A stretch of DNA of 63,754 nucleotides, counting the filler, from Octopus bimaculoides (Eukaryota), in assembly GCF_001194135.2 (NCBI RefSeq). It is 6 parts of 6 records of this genome, joined end to end, with 100 filler letters (N's around TTAATTAATTAA, not from the genome) between each part and the next. Parts side by side here need not be neighbours in the genome. Positions count along the whole stretch, not along the records: positions 61,385 to 63,754 come from NC_068983.1; 5 more parts are not named here. The stretch is one strand, 5' to 3'. The position numbers and the translations under genes are program-made. The notes under the pieces were generated by a model. That model did no database searches and had not been told where the DNA came from. It saw only the letters and a list, made by a program, of their open reading frames with translations. The number at the start of each line of letters is the position of its first letter. Positions within the stretch are counted from its first letter, which is position 1. This document shows, piece after piece, positions 63,413 to 63,754 of the stretch.

Positions 63413-63754
63413 AATGTTGTTGTTGGCACTCCGTCGCTTACGACGTCGAGGGTCCAGTTGATCCGATTATTGGAACAGCCTGCTCGTGAAATTAACGTGC
63501 AAGTGGCTGAGCACTCCACAGACAGGTGGACCCTTAACGTAGTTCTCGGGGATATTCAGCGTCACACAGTGTGACAAGGCTGGCCGTTTGAATTACAGGC
63601 ACAACAGAAACAGGAAGTAAGAGTGAGAGAAAGTTGTGGTGAAAGAGTACAGCTGAGTTCGCCACCATCCCCTGCCGGAGCCTCGTGGTACTTTAGGTGT
63701 TTTCGCTCAATAAACACTCACAAAACCCGGTCTGGGAATCGAAACTTCAATCCT
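63413..63754 (-). mobile_element. SINE family C copy, cut by the window end
   Basis: Homologous to 35050-35415. Confidence 0.85.

Overview
Repeat-dense, AT-rich animal genomic DNA, most likely an octopus (inference from [16 protein letters not shown]-type C2H2 zinc fingers, recurrent tRNA-derived SINE families and very high microsatellite density). The window is not contiguous. Five artificial 100-bp spacers (44 N + TTAATTAATTAA + 44 N) join six independent scaffolds: 1-31427, 31528-39309, 39410-52969, 53070-58146, 58247-61284 and 61385-63754. Only two host coding sequences are supported: the 3' end of a C2H2 zinc-finger gene (31530-31739, absent from the ORF track) and a large single exon encoding a tandem kinase-pseudokinase with a Cys-rich N-terminus (52389-50480, minus). 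The rest is mostly decayed mobile DNA: Penelope-like elements (PLEs), two Dong/R4 elements nested in TAA repeats, RTE/CR1/R2-type LINE fragments, three Ty3/Gypsy remnants, Tc1/mariner/maT/Merlin transposons, MITEs and SINEs. The most notable signals are (i) at least five sequence-distinct families of minimal type I hammerhead ribozyme (HHR) motifs, including a non-coding ~350-bp tandem/inverted retrozyme-like unit with a diverged relative on another scaffold, and (ii) the non-RD kinase + pseudokinase gene. No rRNA, genuine tRNA gene or CRISPR array was found. Element boundaries were read by eye and are approximate unless TIR/LTR/TSD positions are quoted.
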